From NCBI GenBank assembly GCA_965223265.1, contig OZ244999.1, forward strand, positions 3,456,001-3,520,000: 64,000 bases of DNA. The letters are read 5' to 3'. The notes below the pieces were generated by a model. It was not told the DNA's origin. It made no database searches and saw only the letters and a list, made by a program, of their open reading frames with translations. This document shows, one piece after another, positions 10,310 to 20,017 of the stretch. The stretch is from Planctomycetota bacterium. Its GTDB lineage: Bacteria > Planctomycetota > UBA8108 > SXIK01. Made by a program: the position numbers and the translations under genes. Each line of letters begins with the position of its first letter. The stretch's first letter is position 1.

Positions 10310-11417
10310 GCGTCATGCTCCTGGCAAGCTTGCTCACGACTTCGGCACCCATGGTGAGCGGTGCACCATCGCGGGCGTGATGATGTGCGAGGACCTCCGC
10401 CATCACACTAACCGCGATTTCTTCGGGTTGACGGCCACCTAGGTTGAGCCCTACGGGTGCGCGGATCTCACGTACACGCTCCGTGGGTATTCCCTGAGCG
10501 AGGAGATCTCGAAAGATCAGCACCGCCTTGCGTTTGCTTCCAAGCAGACCGACATACCCGGCACCGGATCGCGCTGCTGCGATGAGGGCCACGTCGTCGA
10601 GCTTGTGACCTCGTGTCGCCACGACGACCGAATGGTTTGGGCCGAGGTCCAAACTGGTGATCCCATGATCGAAGTCGCTCAGAATGACTCGGTCCGCGTT
10701 AGGAAAACGCTCGTGACTGGCGAACTTCTCGCGGTCGTCGATGACGATCGTGCGAAATCCGAGGAAGTCCGCAACGTGGTAGAGCGCCTTACCGACATGC
10801 CCACCGCCAACGATGACGACAGTGGGAGGCCGATTGAAAGCCTCGACGAAGATGCGACATCCACTCGTTTCGAGCCAGCGTTCGCCGCCTCTCGGCATTT
10901 GCTCGAGAGCGCTCGACGTCGCGAGCTCATCGAGTTCCGCGGCGCCGAGGCTGCCGACCATGTTGCCGTCGGCGTGAACGAATGCCTTCGCGGCTCGCGT
11001 GACCTCGCCGTTCGTTTCGTTGCTGACGAGCGTCGCTAGAGCGCGCGCACCGTGGCCATCAAATGCTGCAAGGATCTCGTCCACCAACGGCGCCAGGCTG
11101 GCGTCGCGAATCGGGTCGACGAGAATCTCCATGACGCCGCCGCACACCAGGCCATCCTGCGCCGCGATGTCTTCGTTAAGCTCGAAACGCCACACCTGTG
11201 GCTTGGAGGCGCTGGCGAGCATCTCTTTCGCGACGGCCCAAACATCCGCCTCGACGCAGCCGCCGCCAAGGGTTCCCACGATCGTGCCATCGCGTCGGAC
11301 CAGGAGCTTGGCTCCGGGCTTTTGTGGCGTCGATCCGGTCGTCTTGACGACCGACGCCAATACGAACGGCTCTCCAGCCTCGAGCTGTTTTTTAGCTTCC
11401 TTGAAGACCTCGAGCAT
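10275..11417 (-). CDS. xdhC: XdhC/CoxI-family molybdenum cofactor insertion chaperone
   Basis: GSTPQKPGAK, GTLGGGCVE, CGGVME, GGGHVG, TRGH, YVGLLGSKRK, APVGL...PEEIAVS. Confidence 0.92.
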   Translation of the reverse strand: MLEVFKEAKKQLEAGEPFVLASVVKTTGSTPQKPGAKLLVRRDGTIVGTLGGGCVEADVWAVAKEMLASASKPQVWRFELNEDIAAQDGLVCGGVMEILVDPIRDASLAPLVDEILAAFDGHGARALATLVSNETNGEVTRAAKAFVHADGNMVGSLGAAELDELATSSALEQMPRGGERWLETSGCRIFVEAFNRPPTVVIVGGGHVGKALYHVADFLGFRTIVIDDREKFASHERFPNADRVILSDFDHGITSLDLGPNHSVVVATRGHKLDDVALIAAARSGAGYVGLLGSKRKAVLIFRDLLAQGIPTERVREIRAPVGLNLGGRQPEEIAVSVMAEVLAHHHARDGAPLTMGAEVVSKLARSMTLEAGSDASSTT

Positions 11418-11567
11418 CGCTGCCTCGCTAGTAGAGTAGGGTCGTCTATACTACTTCAATTGGCACTCGGTCGCTACGCGCCCCGCGGCAGCGATGGGAA
11501 GCCCGACGATTCCGATGATATTGATCCCGCACCGGGTGCCGAAACACAACACGAAGGAGCTGCCATC

Positions 11568-12185
11568 ATGAATAGTTCACGGCGGGCGCAATCGTGGCGT
11601 CGCTACTTCGCCTTTGGTGCGGCAGCGTGTGCAGCGGGCTTTGTTTTCGTACTTGCCCACCAGGTAGATTTCGACGCAGCCGACGTGGCACGCCCGCGGA
11701 TCGTCGCTGCAGCTGCACCTGTCACAGCTGCTCCAGCGGCGCCACGGCCACGCGCTTTTCGCGTTCGCGGCCACCTGATCTGTCTCGCCGAGGAAATGCA
11801 GCAACGCTTTGGCGCGCAAGTGCAGCCAGTCCACGAGCACCTCTTCGGCTTTCGTTCGTCGCCGTCCCAGCGTGAAAGTCGGGACGACTACGAATACCAC
11901 ACGATCGTGCGGACGGCTCAGTCGGAGGCGCTGTTCGTTGAGAAGCGATTTCGCCAGCACGAGCTCGTTCTCACCGGTCGCGTTTTTCCAGGCACTCGTC
12001 TCCTTGAGCTGAGTGCCTGGCAGTGGATTCGCGACGGTCAGCTGTACGACATTCACTACTGGTGTGAGGTGTGCTCGATCCGTGGCGTCGACCCCGGGTT
12101 GTGCGCCTGCTGTCAAGGTGACGTCGAGTTGCGCGAGGAGCCTTCCAAGGGCAAGATCCCGCCAACGCGAACGCGGGGGCCTTGA
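11568..12185 (+). CDS. Membrane-anchored/exported hypothetical protein with Cys-rich C-terminus
   Basis: GAAGGAG SD upstream of ATG 11568; N-terminal hydrophobic helix; YWCEVC...CACCQ motif. Confidence 0.75.
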   Translation: MNSSRRAQSWRRYFAFGAAACAAGFVFVLAHQVDFDAADVARPRIVAAAAPVTAAPAAPRPRAFRVRGHLICLAEEMQQRFGAQVQPVHEHLFGFRSSPSQRESRDDYEYHTIVRTAQSEALFVEKRFRQHELVLTGRVFPGTRLLELSAWQWIRDGQLYDIHYWCEVCSIRGVDPGLCACCQGDVELREEPSKGKIPPTRTRGP

Positions 12186-12556
12186 GGCGATCGCGACGGG
12201 CTGGGCACGACTGTTTCGCTTCACGGCCGGCTTCAGAGACACTTTCCCAGAAAAGAGCTTGTGAGGCGGGGATCCCTGTCGTTACAACGATGAAGTAGGA
12301 AGATCGACCAGGGTCGTGTCGATCAGCAGTTTGGTGGCACGAGCTCCGGCCTTCACGCCGGGTCGTCGCGGACTGCGTATTCGTGCACACGGAGTGACTT
12401 CGTGGACGTGTTGTCGCGCTCATCATCTGAGTCCTTGCCGCGGGCGGCCTCGCAGCGCTTCGCAGTGCTGTGCGCCCCGGTCGGAAGTGAGGCACCACGC
12501 GGAATCAACCGTTCTTCTCAGCGAGTGCATTCGGGTCAATTGGGAGAGGACCACTC

Positions 12557-13243
12557 ATGACGGAACCTAAGGACGCTAACCAGCCCGAAAAAACAGCAAG
12601 CGGCCAGAGTCACAACGGGGGCGTGAGCCGCCGGCAGTTCCTCAAAGTTGTTGGCGCCGGCGCCGCGGCAGGCCTTGCTGACGAGGGACTGGTCTCGGGG
12701 GCCACCGAACCTGTGAGAACCGGAGAAGAGGCGTGGGGGCCGGATCGAGTTCCCGTCACTCTTCACGTCAACGGAGCGCCTTTGCAGGTCAAGGTGGAGC
12801 CTCGTGTGACGCTCCTCGACTGTCTGCGCGATCACAAATTGGTCAACTCGTCTGACGCGGTTGACCTCACCGGCGCCAAGCGAGTCTGCGACCGTTCGGC
12901 CTGCGGCGCCTGCACGGTGCTTCTCAGCGGCAAAACGGTCTACGCCTGCAGCGTGCTTGCCGTCGAGGTCGACGGACAAGAGATCGTCACAGTCGAAGGG
13001 TTGGGCGATCCAGGCGATCTTCACCCGCTCCAGGAAGCTTTCGTCGAGCACGACGGGCTGCAGTGCGGTTTCTGCACGCCCGGTTTCGTCATGTCGTCGG
13101 TGGCACTACTCGATGAGAATGGTAGCCCGGACGACGCGGAGATCGATCGCAACTTGAGTGGCAACATCTGTCGCTGCGGTACGCAAGTACGCGTTCGCGA
13201 GGCGATTCACGCCGCCGCGAAGAAGATGCGGGGAGGGAGGTAG
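12557..13243 (+). CDS. [2Fe-2S] small subunit of an XDH-family oxidoreductase, with Tat signal (PaoA/YagT-like)
   Basis: SRRQFLK twin-arginine motif; CDRSACGACTV and QCGFCTPG...NICRCG. Confidence 0.93.
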   Translation: MTEPKDANQPEKTASGQSHNGGVSRRQFLKVVGAGAAAGLADEGLVSGATEPVRTGEEAWGPDRVPVTLHVNGAPLQVKVEPRVTLLDCLRDHKLVNSSDAVDLTGAKRVCDRSACGACTVLLSGKTVYACSVLAVEVDGQEIVTVEGLGDPGDLHPLQEAFVEHDGLQCGFCTPGFVMSSVALLDENGSPDDAEIDRNLSGNICRCGTQVRVREAIHAAAKKMRGGR

Positions 13244-13247
13244 AAAC

Positions 13248-15368
13248 ATGCCACATTGGCCAGAGACACGCCGCATCATCGGTACGGGAGTTCCCCGCGT
13301 TGACGGCGCGCTCAAAGTGAGCGGCCGCGCGAAGTACTCTTTCGATCGCAACCTGCCGGGCATGCTGCACGCGAGAATCCTTAGATCGCCGCATGCACAC
13401 GCTAAGATCAAGTCCGTCGATACGTCGACGCTCGCAGCCATTGCAGGGGTGCGCGCAGTTCATGAGATCAAGTCGGCGGGCGCCGAGCTGCACTATGCAG
13501 GGGATGAAATCGTCGCGGTCGCAGCGGAGACGGAAGCCGTCGCCAACGAAGCGATCCGCGCCATCCGGGTTGACTACGAGGTGCTGCCACACGTCGCCGA
13601 CGAGACCGAGGCGTTTCAAACGAGCGGCCCCACGGTTCTCGAGCCCAACGTCCAAGAGGAAGGAGATGTTGAGGCCGCTCTTGCGGGCGCTAATGTGTCG
13701 ATCAGCGGCGAATACGGCGCGCCGGTCATCACACACGTCTGCCTTGAATCTCACGGCCTGGTGGCCGACTGGATCGCCGACGATGAGCTCGTCGTCTACG
13801 CTTCGACGCAGGCGGTGCACTCGACGGCCAACGGACTCAGGAATCACTTCAAGGGCATTGAAAACCTGAAGGTGACCTGCAACGCTCCTTTCATGGGCGG
13901 CGGTTTCGGCAGTAAGTTCGGCCCCGACGTGCAAGGGATTGCCGCAGCGGAGCTCGCCCGTAAGGCTGGTCGTCCGGTCAAACTCATGCTCGACCGCGCC
14001 GAGGAACACGTGGCTGGCGGCAACCGACCGTCGGCCTACGCGCGCGTCAAAGCCGGGATTGATGGCAATGGCACGCTGACCGCGCTTGACGCTACCACGT
14101 GGGGCACCGGCGGGCACTCGCGCGGTGCTCGGTTCCCACTCCCATACATTTACGCGCCAACGAGCCGGCGCGTCCGCCATCACGATGTGCGCGTCAACGC
14201 CGGCGACGCGCGGGCCATGCGTGCACCAGGGCACCCGCAGGGATCTTTGGTGATGGAGCAGGTAATGGACGACCTCGCCGACAAGGCGGGGATCGACCCT
14301 GTCGAATTCCGGCTCCAAAATCTGCCGGAGACCAACGACACGTTCAAGACACTGAAAGCTATCTACACACGCGAGCTTAAGCTCGGGGCGGAGCGCATTG
14401 GCTGGAAAGCCAATCGCCACCCGCGCGGTGACCAGACGCGCGGTCCGATCAAGCGTGGACTCGGCTGCGCCCTCAGCACTTGGGGCGGGCGACCGGGTGG
14501 CTCTCAGGCGACCTGTACGATCTACCCGACGGGACAGGTTGAGGTGCGCTGCGGCACGCAGGACCTTGGTGTGGGTACGACCACCTTGGTGCCATTGGTC
14601 GCGGCGGAGATCCTTGGCCTCGAGCCAAGCGACGTCACCGGTTTGATTGGCAGCTCGGCGTTCCCGCAATCTGGAGGCAGCGGTGGTAGCACCACCGTCG
14701 GGGGCGTGAGCCTGTCGACGGCGATCAGCACGCAGAAGGCGTTAGCGAAGCTCCTCAGTGTCGTCGCAGACCATCTCGATGTGGCAGCAGATCAGCTCGA
14801 AGCCAAAGGCGGGAAAATCGTCGTCAAGGGCGGCGATCGGAGCCTCAGCTGGCGACGCGCCTGCACGCTTCTCGGTGTCGACCCGGTCAGCGCCAACGCC
14901 GACAAACGCGAAGGCGAGAAAACCATGGCGAGCCAGGGAGTCGGTGGCGCTCAGTTCGTTGATCTATCCGTCGACACGGAGACCGGGGAAGTGCGTCTCA
15001 ACAAGATCGTCGCCGTGGCCGACTGTGGCATGGTGATGAATCGCCTGCTGTGCGAAAGCCAGGTGATCGGCGGCGTCATCATGGGACTCAACTACGGACT
15101 CTTCGAAGATCGTCGCCTCGACCGCGCCAGCGGCCGCCAAGTGAACCCCGATCTCGAGTGGTACAAGCTCGCCAGCCACGCGGACATCGGCGAGATCGAG
15201 TGCCACCTGCTCGACTACCCCGAGCGTGGCACGATCGGCATCGGCGAACCGCCGACGATTCCGACGGCAGCGGCGATCGCCAACGCTGTCTGCAACGCGA
15301 TTGGCGTGCGCGTCGGTACGATTCCCATGTCGCCGAAACGAATCCTCGATGCCCTTAGCAAAGCTTAA
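13248..15368 (+). CDS. Molybdopterin-binding large subunit, xanthine dehydrogenase/aldehyde oxidoreductase family (PaoC/YagR-like)
   Basis: RVDGALKVSG, RSPHAHA, GGGFGSK, MRAPGHPQG, QDLGVG, GIGEP; start refined to ATG 13248 after GGAGG. Confidence 0.93.
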   Translation: MPHWPETRRIIGTGVPRVDGALKVSGRAKYSFDRNLPGMLHARILRSPHAHAKIKSVDTSTLAAIAGVRAVHEIKSAGAELHYAGDEIVAVAAETEAVANEAIRAIRVDYEVLPHVADETEAFQTSGPTVLEPNVQEEGDVEAALAGANVSISGEYGAPVITHVCLESHGLVADWIADDELVVYASTQAVHSTANGLRNHFKGIENLKVTCNAPFMGGGFGSKFGPDVQGIAAAELARKAGRPVKLMLDRAEEHVAGGNRPSAYARVKAGIDGNGTLTALDATTWGTGGHSRGARFPLPYIYAPTSRRVRHHDVRVNAGDARAMRAPGHPQGSLVMEQVMDDLADKAGIDPVEFRLQNLPETNDTFKTLKAIYTRELKLGAERIGWKANRHPRGDQTRGPIKRGLGCALSTWGGRPGGSQATCTIYPTGQVEVRCGTQDLGVGTTTLVPLVAAEILGLEPSDVTGLIGSSAFPQSGGSGGSTTVGGVSLSTAISTQKALAKLLSVVADHLDVAADQLEAKGGKIVVKGGDRSLSWRRACTLLGVDPVSANADKREGEKTMASQGVGGAQFVDLSVDTETGEVRLNKIVAVADCGMVMNRLLCESQVIGGVIMGLNYGLFEDRRLDRASGRQVNPDLEWYKLASHADIGEIECHLLDYPERGTIGIGEPPTIPTAAAIANAVCNAIGVRVGTIPMSPKRILDALSKA

Positions 15369-15383
15369 GCAGAGGAAGTTCCA

Positions 15384-16361
15384 ATGAAACCCTTCAAATA
15401 CACTGCTCCCGTCACCGAAGCCAGCGCCTGTGGGCTGCTCGGCGAGGGCTCCCTCGCTTTTGCTGGTGGCACTAGCGCGATGAACCTGCTCAAAGAAAAC
15501 GTCCTGACGCCAGACGTCGTTGTCGATCTCAAGCGCATCGAAGGGCTCTCTTCGATCGAGCCGACATCGTCGGGTCTGCGCATCGGGGCGAACGTCACGC
15601 TCGACGAGGTTCTCGCACACGATGGTGTGCGCCGCGACTACCCCGTGCTGCACCAAGCACTCTTCAACGCAGCGACGCCACAGATTCGCAATCGCGCCAC
15701 ACTCGGTGGGAACCTGTGCGCCCGCCCGGCCTGCTGGTACTTCTCTCAAGAGGCGTTCGGCTGTGCCAAGAGCGGCGGATCAGGTTGCCCTGCAAAGGAA
15801 GGCGAGAACGAGCACCACGCCATCTTCGACACCGATGGTCCTTGTGTTATGGTGCACGCTTCAAGCGCTGCGCCCGCGCTTTTGGCGCTTGAGGCCAAGG
15901 TGCGAATTGTTGGCCCCGGTCGTCAGCAAATCATCGGACTCGATGATTTCTTCACGTCTCCGTCGGCAGACGTCAAACGCGAGAATGTTTTGGCGGCGAA
16001 CGAGATCATCACTCATGTCGTGCTTGGCGCGCCCAGCGCCAAGAGCGCAACATACGAGGTAAGGCAGAAGGCAACGCACGATTGGCCGATTGCCCTCGCC
16101 TCTGTGGCACTGGATATCCGCTCCGGGGTGTGCCAAGCTGCCCGCATATTCCTTGGCGCCGTCGCACCGCTTCCGGTCCGGGCGAGCGGCGGCGAGAAGG
16201 CTCTGGTCGGCCAGCGCATCGACGCCCAGGTGGCTGCGCGTGCGGCCGCCAAAGCCGTCGAACGTGCGCGGCCGCTCCGCCAAAACGGCTACAAGGTGGC
16301 GGTGGCTCAGGCGGTGGTCAAGCGGGCTATTCTGCAAGCGGCGACGGGATCGTGGCAGTGA
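15384..16361 (+). CDS. FAD-binding medium subunit (PaoB/YagS-like) with probable [4Fe-4S] Cys cluster
   Basis: AGGT, QIRNRATLGGN, CARPACWYF...C...C...C insert, GAVAP, NGYK. Confidence 0.92.
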   Translation: MKPFKYTAPVTEASACGLLGEGSLAFAGGTSAMNLLKENVLTPDVVVDLKRIEGLSSIEPTSSGLRIGANVTLDEVLAHDGVRRDYPVLHQALFNAATPQIRNRATLGGNLCARPACWYFSQEAFGCAKSGGSGCPAKEGENEHHAIFDTDGPCVMVHASSAAPALLALEAKVRIVGPGRQQIIGLDDFFTSPSADVKRENVLAANEIITHVVLGAPSAKSATYEVRQKATHDWPIALASVALDIRSGVCQAARIFLGAVAPLPVRASGGEKALVGQRIDAQVAARAAAKAVERARPLRQNGYKVAVAQAVVKRAILQAATGSWQ

Positions 16362-16390
16362 GGCGGAGCGAGCTTTCAAGGAGAAGCACC

Positions 16391-16636
16391 ATGAGCAAAT
16401 CGGTACAGCAGCCCTGTTTCAATCTGCGCTCGAAGGAGATGCTCTACGGCGAGAAGACCGACGAGGCGATCGCTCACGACAAAGAAGTCGAACGTCTGTT
16501 CGGTGCCTGCGATACAGCGGCGTACTGGTGTCAATGCACTCAGACCGGCCGCGGTCCCGACGATCAGCCGGTCAATCGACCGGCGTGCAGCCTCCTCGGC
16601 CGCAAGTGCTATGAAGGGATCGGCGATCTGACCTAG
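16391..16636 (+). CDS. Small Cys-rich hypothetical protein (81 aa)
   Basis: AAGGAG SD before ATG 16391; CFNLRSKEM...YWCQCTQTGRGPD...C...RKCY; hidden inside the longer ORF-track call 16082..16636. Confidence 0.75.
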   Translation: MSKSVQQPCFNLRSKEMLYGEKTDEAIAHDKEVERLFGACDTAAYWCQCTQTGRGPDDQPVNRPACSLLGRKCYEGIGDLT

Positions 16637-16800
16637 CCCGTGGCGCTGACGTCGCTGGCTCCGGCCGCCGAATGTTGAACGCTCCGACGTGGAGTCGCGT
16701 CGGAGCAAAACGCAGCCTTGATGCTCCCGCCTCTTCCCTCCAGAATGATGTCTTCAGCAGTTCAATGTTGACGTCATGTTCGATGTTTGGAGGAACAGTT

Positions 16801-17520
16801 ATGAAGCTCAAGCTGGCTGGCGCGGCAGTGGCGCTCGTAGCGTCGGTGGCGATATGCGCTCTCCTGAGCGAAGACTTTGCAGCGGCAAAGGGGCTTTCGC
16901 TGGCCAAAATCGAGGGCGAGTACGTTGAAGCCCGCACCTGTGACGTTTGGACGGGGCCGTGCTTCACGAACGGCGAGATCAACCTACGGGGAGACCACGC
17001 CATCATGGGATGGTCTCTGAAGCGCGGCAACTGGCAAGGCGTACAACTTGTCGGACTGCGCGTCGCTGCGGCCATCGATTCGGAAGGCACGCTCGGCACC
17101 CGCACTGAAGGCAAGGTGCGTTCGGTCGTGTTCGTCGATGCGAAGGCAAGCGACTCGCAAGCAAAGGCGTTAGTGGCGCTGGCACGTGAGTTAGCACCGA
17201 AGTACCTCGGCGACATCGTTCAGGTTCGGCGTGCAAAGATCACCTACAAGCGCGTCATGAGCGAGGTCACCCTCGATGTACACGCGAGCCGCAACGAGAA
17301 AAGCTCTGACGGGGCCGAGGTGCGGCTGAAAACCACGATGCTTCGACCTCATTGCGACGTCATCTGCGGCAATGAGGAGAAGGCGTTTCCGTCGCTGGCT
17401 TCGACGGTGAGCTCCAGGTGCGCGAAGGTCGTCACCAACGCCTACCAGGGTGGCGATCTCGGCCAGCGCTGGAGTGATCCGAACACTCGTGGCGCCATGA
17501 TTGGCAGTTTTCGCCTTTAG
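16801..17520 (+). CDS. Exported DUF1326-like protein
   Basis: GGAGG SD; signal peptide; GEYVEARTCDVWTGPCFTNGE motif. Confidence 0.8.
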   Translation: MKLKLAGAAVALVASVAICALLSEDFAAAKGLSLAKIEGEYVEARTCDVWTGPCFTNGEINLRGDHAIMGWSLKRGNWQGVQLVGLRVAAAIDSEGTLGTRTEGKVRSVVFVDAKASDSQAKALVALARELAPKYLGDIVQVRRAKITYKRVMSEVTLDVHASRNEKSSDGAEVRLKTTMLRPHCDVICGNEEKAFPSLASTVSSRCAKVVTNAYQGGDLGQRWSDPNTRGAMIGSFRL

Positions 17521-17573
17521 CAGGCTGTTCGCAGCCTGTTGACCCCGAGTTTGGCCGTGGTGTTGCGAGAATC

Positions 17574-18305
17574 ATGAAGAAAGACAAGGCTTCGAGTCGG
17601 CAGCGTGTTGCTTCACTTCTAGGATGGATGGGTGTCGGCTGTGCGGCCGTCGTTTTCTGTCTCGGAGGGTTTCAGCAGGGCACGGCCGAGACGCCAACAG
17701 GATACAAGCTCTCGAAGCTCAAGGAGGCGGCGCCGAAAAGCGCCGCGAAGAACGTCCGCGAGCTGCTGGCACCGTCTGGTTTGCGAGTCTCCGACTCGAA
17801 AGACAAGCCATTCATTGACGTTTGGCTGCGTAAGAGCGTTCAGACGCAGAACGATCCGGGACAGCTCGGAGTCGACTACGGCATGCTCCCGGAGGGCACG
17901 ATCCTCGGCCTCCTGCGTTTCCATGATGCTGGTGGTGGTGACTTTCGTGACAACAAGATCCCGGCGGGCGTATATCTCTTCCGCAGCGCGATTCAGCCGG
18001 AGGATGGGGATCATCAAGGGGTGTCGGACAGCCGCGACTTCGCCCTTGTCTGCCCAGCCGAGGGTGAGATCAGCGTCGGGCCAATGTCCACCGACGAGGC
18101 CGTCAAGGAGAGCGTCAAAGTCTCGGGAATCGAGCACCCCAGCGTGCTTTTCTTGAAGAAGTTTTTCGACGAAGCGAAAGATCTGCCACGCCTTGTGAAG
18201 GAGGACGGTGGCTTCTGGATTCTCGACTGCCAGGTGCCTGACGCGAAGAAGGGCGCCGACCCGGTGCGGCTCGGGATCGTGCTTGTCGGGCACGCTGACG
18301 AATGA
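17574..18305 (+). CDS. Exported hypothetical protein
   Basis: N-terminal hydrophobic helix; co-oriented in the operon; DFR...AGVY...QPEDGDH motif. Confidence 0.75.
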   Translation: MKKDKASSRQRVASLLGWMGVGCAAVVFCLGGFQQGTAETPTGYKLSKLKEAAPKSAAKNVRELLAPSGLRVSDSKDKPFIDVWLRKSVQTQNDPGQLGVDYGMLPEGTILGLLRFHDAGGGDFRDNKIPAGVYLFRSAIQPEDGDHQGVSDSRDFALVCPAEGEISVGPMSTDEAVKESVKVSGIEHPSVLFLKKFFDEAKDLPRLVKEDGGFWILDCQVPDAKKGADPVRLGIVLVGHADE

Positions 18306-18326
18306 TCGGCGGCTGACGGAGACGGC

Positions 18327-19319
18327 ATGGAATACAGACGCTTAGGTGCGAGCGGTCTTCTCGTCTCTCCGGTCTGCTTGGGCACGATGACGTTCGGCAC
18401 GCCGGTGGGGGAGGACGATGCGGTCCGCCTCGTGCATGCCGCAATCGATCTCGGTATCAACTTCGTCGACACGGCGAATGTCTACGAAGGCTACACGAGA
18501 TACCTCGGCAGCGACGGTGGCGTTGCCGAGGAGATCGTCGGCCGGGCGCTCGAGGGACGGCGTGAGAAGGTCGTGCTGGCAACGAAGGTCGGTGCGCCCC
18601 TGGGACCCGGACCGCAGGACCGCGGCCTGTCGGCAACTCACATCCTGCGTGAGGTCGACTGCAGTCTGCAGCGCCTGAAGACGGACTACATCGATCTCTA
18701 TATCATTCATTGGCCGGACTGCGAAGTGGCGCTCGAGACGACGCTCAAGGCTGTCGACGTGGCTGTGCGCCAAGGCAAAGTGCGCTGCTTTGGAGCTTCC
18801 AATCACTCCGCAGCTGAGCTGTGCGAGTTTCTGTGGCTCGCCGACAAGACCGCTGGCCCGCGGGTCGTCTCGTCGCAGATACCGTACAGTCTGATGCGAA
18901 GGGAGTTTCATGGCGACTTGGCATTCTGCGCTCGCCACGACATTGCGGTGACTCCGTATCAGCCTCTCCAGGGGGGCCTTCTAACGGGCAAGTACCGCCG
19001 GCACGCCGCACCGCCGGCCGACTCACGCGCGGCCGAAAAGCCGGACTGGATTTGGCAGCTCGACGAGCAGAAATACGACCAACTCGAGGCGCTCGAAGCG
19101 CTCGCCAACGAGCTTGGCGTATCGATGACGGAGTATGCCCTGGCGTGGACCCTGACGCAGCCAGCGATGGCCTCCGTGGTTGTCGGCGCGAAACGCGTCG
19201 AACAGATCGCGGAGGCTGTAAGAGCTGCTGAGGTCGAGATCCCGACTGCGCACGCCGGGAAAATCGACACGATCTTCCCACCGCCGTGGCGACAGATGGA
19301 TCCGCTGCGGGGGATGTGA
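18327..19319 (+). CDS. Aldo/keto reductase
   Basis: LGTMTFG, DTANVY, LATKV, SLQRLKTDYIDLYIIHWPD, PLQGGLLTGKY. Confidence 0.93.
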   Translation: MEYRRLGASGLLVSPVCLGTMTFGTPVGEDDAVRLVHAAIDLGINFVDTANVYEGYTRYLGSDGGVAEEIVGRALEGRREKVVLATKVGAPLGPGPQDRGLSATHILREVDCSLQRLKTDYIDLYIIHWPDCEVALETTLKAVDVAVRQGKVRCFGASNHSAAELCEFLWLADKTAGPRVVSSQIPYSLMRREFHGDLAFCARHDIAVTPYQPLQGGLLTGKYRRHAAPPADSRAAEKPDWIWQLDEQKYDQLEALEALANELGVSMTEYALAWTLTQPAMASVVVGAKRVEQIAEAVRAAEVEIPTAHAGKIDTIFPPPWRQMDPLRGM

Positions 19320-19347
19320 AGCGCTCGCATCAGCCAGTGGTCGCTCT

Positions 19348-19674
19348 CTAATCCTGCACGGACCGCTCGATCGCTCGACGAAGTTCGTTGGGGTCGGCGA
19401 CGGCAAGCTCTATCCTGTGTTCGCCGAGAATCGAGCGTAGTTCCTCGATCGTCTGACTGGAACGTTCCAGCGCATCGTCAACTGTTTCACAATCACGTCT
19501 AGCCATGGCGACGTAGAGCGTCTCGTTCTTTCTCGCAATCGGAAGCACTCCCTTATCGAGGGCGACCTGCCTGGGCACTATATCGACAAACTCTGCCGGA
19601 ATAGATGCCTTCGACAAGTTTGCGAAGGGAGCGTCCAGTGTCAATGCGAGGTATCTCGGGTCGTCTGGATCCAT
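19348..19674 (-). CDS. Small stand-alone GspE/PilB N-terminal (T2SSE_N/MshEN-like) domain protein
   Basis: IVPRQVALDKGVLPIARKNETLYVAMA...ELRRAIE resembles this domain; no ATPase domain follows. Confidence 0.55.
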   Translation of the reverse strand: MDPDDPRYLALTLDAPFANLSKASIPAEFVDIVPRQVALDKGVLPIARKNETLYVAMARRDCETVDDALERSSQTIEELRSILGEHRIELAVADPNELRRAIERSVQD

Positions 19675-19854
19675 ATCCGGAGTTTAGAGCGAGATCGTCG
19701 TTTTCTCACATCGACTCGAATCGTTTTCGACGCCGTTTCATCACGCTTGTCAGAATCAACGGCGAGTCTGCCGTCGACCAAGTTACGTCTTTGCCTGAAG
19801 GCGTCTCGTGTAGGAAAAGGTATGTTCGAGAACCTGCAGCTCGCGATGAGCTAG

Positions 19855-20013
19855 CAGCCTGTTGAAAAAGTGCTTCGAGCCGAAAACTGGTCTCTTCGCG
19901 TCCAGATCGGCCGCGGCAAACGCAGGTAATCTCCGAGATTTTCGAGTATTGACGCGGTCGAGCTGGGCGTGAAGAGGCCGGTTTCTCGGCCGAATGACTT
20001 TTTCAACGGGCTG
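19855..20013 (+). mobile_element. MITE copy 1 (short class, 159 bp)
   Basis: TIRs CAGCCTGTTGAAAAAG / CTTTTTCAACGGGCTG; CTAG on both sides; nearly identical to 59489..59647. Confidence 0.9.
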
Positions 20014-20017
20014 CTAG

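Noticed and set aside
12186-12556. Long leader before the molybdoenzyme operon as a Moco riboswitch or sigma-54 promoter
   Set aside because: No recognisable Moco RNA motif, and the GGCAC sites lack a correctly spaced TTGC; an Rfam search would be needed.
18303-18329. TGA of the 17574 ORF is in frame with the downstream aldo/keto reductase (possible readthrough)
   Set aside because: The reductase has its own GGAG SD and a typical N-terminus; no convincing SECIS; in-frame spacing occurs by chance one time in three.
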